38,326 bases of DNA from a virus (Duplodnaviria; Caudoviricetes). The notes under the pieces were generated by a model that saw nothing but the letters and a program-made list of their open reading frames with translations, was not told the origin of the DNA and ran no database searches. Positions 33,807 through 38,326 of the stretch are shown here, piece by piece; within the stretch, counting starts at the first letter, position 1, and each line of letters starts with the position of its first letter. Both the position numbers and the translations under genes were made by a program. The DNA is taken from the IMG/VR virus record IMGVR_UViG_3300049140_000187, positions 1 to 38,326 of that record; one strand, written 5' to 3'.

Positions 33807-34240
33807 CAGCGGATCACTCCGGCCTGGCGGAAGAGGTCCATGGCTTCGTCCAGCGAGGCAGCGACGCCTGCGGTGAAGCCCATCCGGCGCATGCGGAGGA
33901 TGCGTTCAGCCTGGGCATCGGAGACGCCGCCGCCTGGCTTCTTCACCTCGACGAATACTGCGATCCGCTGCGGGAACAGGATCGTCAGATCGGGCACGCC
34001 GGCGCGGACGCCCTCGCGGAAGCGGCGCAGACGCTGGGCGTCCGTGTTCCCGCCCATCCCGTTCGGAACGTGCCAGGCCATGGCTGCAGGGTGAGCCTTG
34101 GTGATGTAGTTCAGGATTGCGCGCTGCACCTGCAGCTCGGTCGGCTGCGGCGCGCCCTTCAGACCCTTCGGCGCACGACGCTTCATGGGGGGCAAGCGCG
34201 ACGCCTGCTCTAGCGCGTCGAGTTCGTCTCTGAGGGACAT
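33806..34240 (-). CDS. VRR-NUC domain nuclease (Holliday-junction resolvase-like)
   Basis: E..VQ..I, HVPNG, GV.AGVPDL, FVEVK..GG..S..Q PD-(D/E)XK motifs; start uncertain. Confidence 0.88.
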   Translation of the reverse strand: MSLRDELDALEQASRLPPMKRRAPKGLKGAPQPTELQVQRAILNYITKAHPAAMAWHVPNGMGGNTDAQRLRRFREGVRAGVPDLTILFPQRIAVFVEVKKPGGGVSDAQAERILRMRRMGFTAGVAASLDEAMDLFRQAGVIR

Positions 34241-34408
34241 GTCCGGGCGGACCAGCATCACAATTCTATGCCTCGCCGAGCCGCGCTGGGACAACGATAA
34301 CAAAGGTGCTTTTCGAGGCGCCTACCGGCGTCCATTTCCCGATCACGGCGCTACCGCCACCACCAGAGGCGGCGCCGGGCCCACTGCTCAGCCTTCTCCA
34401 CCGCCCGC

Positions 34409-34792
34409 TCACTGCGCGCAGTCCAGGCCGCTTCGCGCCACGCCGCGAACCGCTGCCATAGAGCCCTCATGGATACCTTTCAGTGCATCGAGACGCGCCC
34501 GAACCAGCGCGCGACGTGCCTCCAGTTGCTGCATTTCTTGGTGCATTCGCGCCTCGTAGGCGGCAGCGATGCGACGTTCCTCGTCGGCCCAGAGGCGCTT
34601 CGGCTCTCCGTGCCAGATCGCGCGGGCCCGGCGGGCTGAGACGACGCAGGCGCGGGCAACCCGCTCAAGGGCGTGCTCAAGCCCAAGCTGCGCGCGGTCA
34701 GCGATGACCATCTCGCGCAGCATGTCTCGGGTGGTGAAGACGCTATCCATGCCATCCATTCCTTTGGACGACTTCTCCAACTTCGCGGGCAT
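34409..34792 (-). CDS. Hypothetical regulator-like protein (HTH-like plus coiled coil)
   Basis: ALERVARACVVSARRARAIWHGE helix-turn-helix-like segment; start uncertain. Confidence 0.55.
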   Translation of the reverse strand: MPAKLEKSSKGMDGMDSVFTTRDMLREMVIADRAQLGLEHALERVARACVVSARRARAIWHGEPKRLWADEERRIAAAYEARMHQEMQQLEARRALVRARLDALKGIHEGSMAAVRGVARSGLDCAQ

Positions 34793-35426
34793 CGGCTGCT
34801 CCATGGTGTGACCCATGGACGACGACAGGTTCACTAAGCAGCTCGCAGGACTGACGGACGGGGGAGACGGCAATCTCCCCCACCTCCTGCTTGAGCGCGC
34901 GGATCTCGGCGCCCGTAGAAATGTGGTCCCCGCGCAGGCTCCCGCTGCGCTTGTTGGAGGGGCGACCCACCGCAGGCAGCGCATCGAGCGCGGGAGCGAA
35001 TGCGGCGGGGTGCTCGGCGGAGGAAAACACGCGCAGCCGGTGCTCAGCGCACCAGGAGCAGCCGGGGACGCTCGGGACGCCACAGGGCGTCGGATCGACC
35101 AGGGCATCCGCTTCGATCCACTGACACCCACGCGGATCTGCAGCGAGGATCGCGCTCCAGTCGATGACGGGACGGACGGAGGGTGCACTTCGTGCAACGA
35201 CGACCCGATGCGCTTTGGCAGCCTTGGTAGGAACCGAAGACTTCGGGCGAGTTACCCCGATAGGGCTGCCACGCTTCGCCCACCCGCGCCGATGGGCGTG
35301 CCCGATGACGGCGTTGTGGGACATGCCGACCTTAGCGCCGATCTGCCGGGCTGACAGTTTGCCCTCGTTCCACAGCCGCTCGGCGAGCTCGATCTGCTCG
35401 CGGCTGCTGGAGGTCCAGCCGGACAT
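34743..35426 (-). CDS. gcrA: GcrA-family transcriptional regulator
   Basis: WT...I..A.RLW.EG.LSA.QIG...G.S.NAVIG.AHR N-terminal HTH and C.W...CG......SWCAEH C-terminal domain. Confidence 0.8.
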   Translation of the reverse strand: MSGWTSSSREQIELAERLWNEGKLSARQIGAKVGMSHNAVIGHAHRRGWAKRGSPIGVTRPKSSVPTKAAKAHRVVVARSAPSVRPVIDWSAILAADPRGCQWIEADALVDPTPCGVPSVPGCSWCAEHRLRVFSSAEHPAAFAPALDALPAVGRPSNKRSGSLRGDHISTGAEIRALKQEVGEIAVSPVRQSCELLSEPVVVHGSHHGAADAREVGEVVQRNGWHG

Positions 35427-35429
35427 GTG

Positions 35430-35588
35430 TCAGGCCACCAGCCGCATGACGGTGGCGGCGACGGACCAGAACAGCGTGCCCATGAGCAGGCCGAGGACGA
35501 TGCCGCCAAAGGTGTCGGGGCGCTCCTCCGTGGCGGGCTCGTTCGGCGGCTCACAGGAGGGAGCGGCGGAGAGGATGGTGGCGCTCAT
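35430..35588 (-). CDS. Small single-TM protein (52 aa)
   Basis: MSATIL...FGGIVLGLLMGTLFWSVAATVMRLVA*; fills the gap between cro and gcrA. Confidence 0.5.
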   Translation of the reverse strand: MSATILSAAPSCEPPNEPATEERPDTFGGIVLGLLMGTLFWSVAATVMRLVA

Positions 35589-35650
35589 CTATCGGGCTCC
35601 GAGAAGGAAGGCGAAGAGACCGGCCAGAAGGCCGTGGGCGTGGACGCAGG

Positions 35651-35884
35651 TCATGCGGCGTCGGCCGGTTGAGGCGCAGCCGACGCCTCGTCCGGCAGCC
35701 GGTCCGCGTAGTCGGCCATGAACTGCTCGGCGCGCTCGATGCGCTCCAATGTCACGCTTTCGGTGCGGAGACGGGGAACCAGCTTGTGGTCTCGAGCAAC
35801 GAGCGTCCCGAACCGGCTCTCGGAGATGCCGTGCCGAGCGATGTAGGCTTCGACGCGAGCGAGGATGGCTTCACGGGTCGTCAT
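35651..35884 (-). CDS. Cro-like HTH repressor
   Basis: ILARVEAYIARHGISESRFG.LV.RD.KLV.RLR...TL; divergent from cI. Confidence 0.8.
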   Translation of the reverse strand: MTTREAILARVEAYIARHGISESRFGTLVARDHKLVPRLRTESVTLERIERAEQFMADYADRLPDEASAAPQPADAA

Positions 35885-35891
35885 GTGGGGC

Positions 35892-35920
35892 ATCATGGGG
35901 CAGTTGTGCCCAACGAGCAA
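35892..35920 (-). promoter_or_regulatory. PR-like promoter for cro
   Basis: TTGCTC-17 nt-CATGAT then 7 nt to ATG 35884; an operator lies in the spacer. Confidence 0.6.
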
Positions 35921-35969
35921 GGGCAAATGTGCCCGCTACCCTCAAATGCCATGTGGGGCAATATTGCCC
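35898..35969. promoter_or_regulatory. OR: three GGGCA-N4-TGCCC operators
   Basis: 35898-35911, 35921-35934 and 35956-35969 between divergent cro and cI. Confidence 0.85.
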
Positions 35970-35971
35970 CC

Positions 35972-36706
35972 ATGGCTAAGGCCTCACCTGAGAACCAGCC
36001 AGCGACGCCGCTGGTCCGCGCAATTGACGCTCACCTGGCTAAGACCGGGCTGTCGGCGCGCGCCCTGTCGCTGAAGGTCAGCGAAAACGAAACCCTGGTT
36101 CGGCAGATCAAGTCGGGCCGGTCCAAGACACCGAGGGCAGATACCCTGAGGAACCTAGCCCGGGAGCTCGGCGTGCCCGTCGATGCTCTGCTCGCCGAGG
36201 GCGAGAGCCATTTGCCAGATACCTTTCACCCGGAGAGCGACGTCCAGCCGGCCCGGGACGTGCCACCGCGCCAGCCCCGGCGAGTAGCTTCGGCCGAACA
36301 GGTGCCAGTGATGGGCACCGCGGAGGGCGGCGAGAACGGCTTCTTCGAACTGAACCTCGCCGAACGGCCGGTCGAGTATGTGGACCGCCCCCCTGCCTTG
36401 CAGGGGGTGGAGCAGGGCGAGCTGTTCGCCATTCGGGTTGCCGGTACGAGCATGGAGCCGGTCTGGGGGCCCGATGACCTCGTGTTTATTGTGAAGTCGC
36501 GCCAGCCCAAGCCAGACGCCTATGTGGTCGCGCTCGTGGAGCGCGGCCCCGGCGATCAACCGCGAGCGCTGCTCAAGCAGCTCGTGAAGAAGGATGACGA
36601 GTGGGTGGTGCTGCGCCAGCACAACCCGGCCAAGGAAGTGAAACTCCCCCGAAACCAGGTGCGGCACATGTGGCGGGCGCTGCATTGGCGAGATCTTGGG
36701 CTGTGA
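35972..36706 (+). CDS. CI-like repressor (XRE HTH + S24 peptidase)
   Basis: HTH LSARALS...ETLVRQIKSGRS..P...TL..LA..LGV; GTSMEP (Ser) and LLKQL (Lys) catalytic motifs. Confidence 0.93.
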   Translation: MAKASPENQPATPLVRAIDAHLAKTGLSARALSLKVSENETLVRQIKSGRSKTPRADTLRNLARELGVPVDALLAEGESHLPDTFHPESDVQPARDVPPRQPRRVASAEQVPVMGTAEGGENGFFELNLAERPVEYVDRPPALQGVEQGELFAIRVAGTSMEPVWGPDDLVFIVKSRQPKPDAYVVALVERGPGDQPRALLKQLVKKDDEWVVLRQHNPAKEVKLPRNQVRHMWRALHWRDLGL

Positions 36707-36737
36707 TGCGGGCCCTGCACTGGCGGGAGTGGGCGAT

Positions 36738-37289
36738 GTGAACCGTTCCATCATTATAGTACTTTGCGTGGCATTTTCCGCAATTATTGCTTTAAACTAT
36801 TTCCTTGCATTGCACATGCACCGTCAGGGAATAAAACCTGGTCGAGAGTTCTTAAAGTTCTACTTAAAGTGGTGCGCTGGACTGATAGTACTTTCCACCG
36901 CTGCGTTCGGTTATTTTTTGTGGCCAAGTATATGGGATATTTTACTCCCTGCCGCGTTCATGACGTTTGGTGCAGTAGTTGACTACGGACTGATCCTCTT
37001 CTTCCTTCGCCCTTCCCGCAGCCAAGAGACCTCGGCTGCGGAACGTACAGCAGATGGGAAGGCGCTTAGCAACGAACGGACGAAGCTCCTGGCGAACGCA
37101 CTGGACCGCGCTTCGACGGCTTGTTTCACAGTGGGGGTTGCAACGCCGACAGCGGGTTACTTGTTAAACGTAAGCGAAATAGCCTCTAGGGTTGAGGTGG
37201 GAGCACTCGCGCTCCTATGCTTCGGCTGGCTCACTGGCGCGATCTCATTGCATCTCGCGGCTCGACATGTCCTTGGAGGGCTTGAATGA
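36738..37289 (+). CDS. AT-rich multi-pass membrane protein (immunity-region moron)
   Basis: About 5 hydrophobic segments; strongly AT-rich 5' part; directly behind cI; GTG start inferred. Confidence 0.75.
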   Translation: MNRSIIIVLCVAFSAIIALNYFLALHMHRQGIKPGREFLKFYLKWCAGLIVLSTAAFGYFLWPSIWDILLPAAFMTFGAVVDYGLILFFLRPSRSQETSAAERTADGKALSNERTKLLANALDRASTACFTVGVATPTAGYLLNVSEIASRVEVGALALLCFGWLTGAISLHLAARHVLGGLE

Positions 37290-37417
37290 TGAACGGTTCT
37301 TTAGCCCTCGCATTCGCGGCTCCGCTTATAGTGGCAGCCCTCGGGTGGGTGGCGGTTCTACTCCACGAGCGCTCAGGCCATCGCGGCATTCACGACCGAG
37401 AACGCCACACGCCCTGA
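37286..37417 (+). CDS. Small single-TM peptide (43 aa)
   Basis: GGAGG RBS, ATGA overlap; MMNGSLALAFAAPLIVAALGWVAVLLHERSGHRGIHDRERHTP*. Confidence 0.6.
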   Translation: MMNGSLALAFAAPLIVAALGWVAVLLHERSGHRGIHDRERHTP

Positions 37418-37446
37418 CCAGACGCAGACTTCGGGCACGCACCGAA

Positions 37447-37475
37447 CCCCGCCCGCTCCGGCCGGCGGGGCTTTT
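37447..37475 (+). terminator. Intrinsic terminator of the cI operon
   Basis: ccccgcc/ggcgggg stem followed by ctttt. Confidence 0.65.
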
Positions 37476-37491
37476 CGTGGGTCGGGCAGAC

Positions 37492-37525
37492 AAAGAAAGC
37501 CCGGCCGGGATGGTCCGGGCCGGGC
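37492..37525 (-). terminator. Intrinsic terminator of the convergent gene
   Basis: gcccggcc/ggccgggc stem followed by tttcttt on the minus strand. Confidence 0.6.
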
Positions 37526-37586
37526 GAGTTTGAGCTAGCACTTAGCACCGCGCGCCCGATGACCCGGACGCCGCAGCAGAGCAACC

Positions 37587-37856
37587 CTAAGCCTGCCCGT
37601 CACCTCGTGTCATCACATACGGCGCCGGCAGTTTCCCCCTATCCAGCCAAGCATCCACCAGGCGCAGGATCACCGACACGCTCCCAATCCCGCCCCAGCG
37701 GCCATTCTTGCCGTGCGGGAACCCTTCCAGGCTGAAGGAGCAGTTCGTCTCCTGCTTGTTCGTGACGATCACGGCGCCCCGGTAGCTGTAGGTCGGGCCG
37801 TTGTCGCCGGTCGCGGGGGCGGTGATGCGGAGGGAGTGCTTGGGGTCTGCAGGCAT
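37587..37856 (-). CDS. Hypothetical protein (89 aa)
   Basis: Start MPADPKH preceded by GCTACAT -10-like site; own terminator downstream. Confidence 0.6.
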   Translation of the reverse strand: MPADPKHSLRITAPATGDNGPTYSYRGAVIVTNKQETNCSFSLEGFPHGKNGRWGGIGSVSVILRLVDAWLDRGKLPAPYVMTRGDGQA

Positions 37857-37920
37857 GGGCGGGATGTAGCACCGGCCGGCCAACTTGGCTCGACCCTCCG
37901 GATGACGGCCGGGCACAATA

Positions 37921-37968
37921 GGGCATTTTTGCCCTTGCATCCTGCGAACTGATGGGGCACGTTTGCCC
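37921..37968 (+). promoter_or_regulatory. OL/PL: two GGGCA-N4-TGCCC operators overlapping a promoter
   Basis: Operators 37921-37934 and 37955-37968; TTGCAT-17 nt-CACGTT at 37935-37963. Confidence 0.8.
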
Positions 37969-37987
37969 AATCAGCACGGAGTGCCCC

Positions 37988-38326
37988 ATGCCGCCGACCC
38001 CAGAGCCGTGGAACCGCGAGCGTCTCCCAAGCGGCCACTTCCGCATTAGCGGCCCCGTCCAGGCGGACGGCAACTCCAACCTGATCGCAGTTGTCGACGG
38101 GTTCAATCCGGATGCCGACGCGGCCCTGATTGCTTCGTCGCCGACAATGCTGCGTTACCTGCGGGACACGGTTGACCACCTCTTCGTCCTGGAGATGGGC
38201 GTCTCTGAGGTCCGTCGCGTCGTCAGTGTGGACCGGGAATTCCGCTTGGTGCTGCCGATGCTTAACCGCATCCGCGACCATCGTGCGGCCGTGCAAGACG
38301 TGCTCGCCCGGGCGGAGGCTATCTAA
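37988..38326 (+). CDS. Early-left phage protein
   Basis: TP.PW start and ADAALIASSP.ML motif common in phage early hypothetical proteins. Confidence 0.7.
   Translation: MPPTPEPWNRERLPSGHFRISGPVQADGNSNLIAVVDGFNPDADAALIASSPTMLRYLRDTVDHLFVLEMGVSEVRRVVSVDREFRLVLPMLNRIRDHRAAVQDVLARAEAI

Larger units (their letters stand above)
1..38326. mobile_element. Temperate myovirus-type phage/prophage (partial; integrase and att not in window)
   Basis: Continuous lambdoid gene order: cI/cro switch, replication, terminase, portal, capsid, sheath, tube, tape measure, baseplate, lysis. Confidence 0.97.

Noticed and set aside
35589-35654. 21-codon hydrophobic ORF coupled to the cro stop (MTCVHAHGLLAGLFAFLLGAR)
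   Set aside because: Too short to support from sequence alone
1-38326. Gene transfer agent or tailocin interpretation; tRNA, rRNA, integrase
   Set aside because: Complete head, replication and cI/cro modules indicate a true temperate phage; no RNA gene or recombinase motifs recognised

Overview
This window is most of a temperate, contractile-tailed (myovirus-type) phage or prophage from a high-GC host. The host is probably an alphaproteobacterium, given the GcrA homolog and several small-protein families. From right to left it contains: the start of an early-left operon; a lambdoid immunity region (cI, cro, five GGGCA-N4-TGCCC operators, apparently leaderless cI and cro mRNAs); an early-right/replication operon (GcrA-like, VRR-NUC, Prim-Pol, P4/D5-type helicase, SSB-like, many small genes); a NusG/RfaH-like antiterminator in the lambda-Q position; then a minus-strand late operon. 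The late operon runs terminase, portal, gpF-like, DUF2213, capsid, neck, sheath/tube, frameshifted tail chaperone, tape measure, baseplate, receptor-binding proteins including an SGNH-type esterase, and a lysis cassette. No integrase or att site is visible, so the element continues beyond the window. The most unusual observations are (i) a family-1 pectate-lyase gene lacking a signal peptide, sitting between a holin-like gene and the endolysin and translationally coupled to the endolysin; (ii) two antisense accessory genes stacked in the head module and separated by a chimeric mini-ORF built from the start of DUF2213 and a diverged copy of the gpF end; (iii) a recurring pattern of antisense morons at structural gene junctions; and (iv) a multi-hairpin structured segment at the end of the late operon. 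All family assignments come from motif recognition and synteny by eye; no searches were run.
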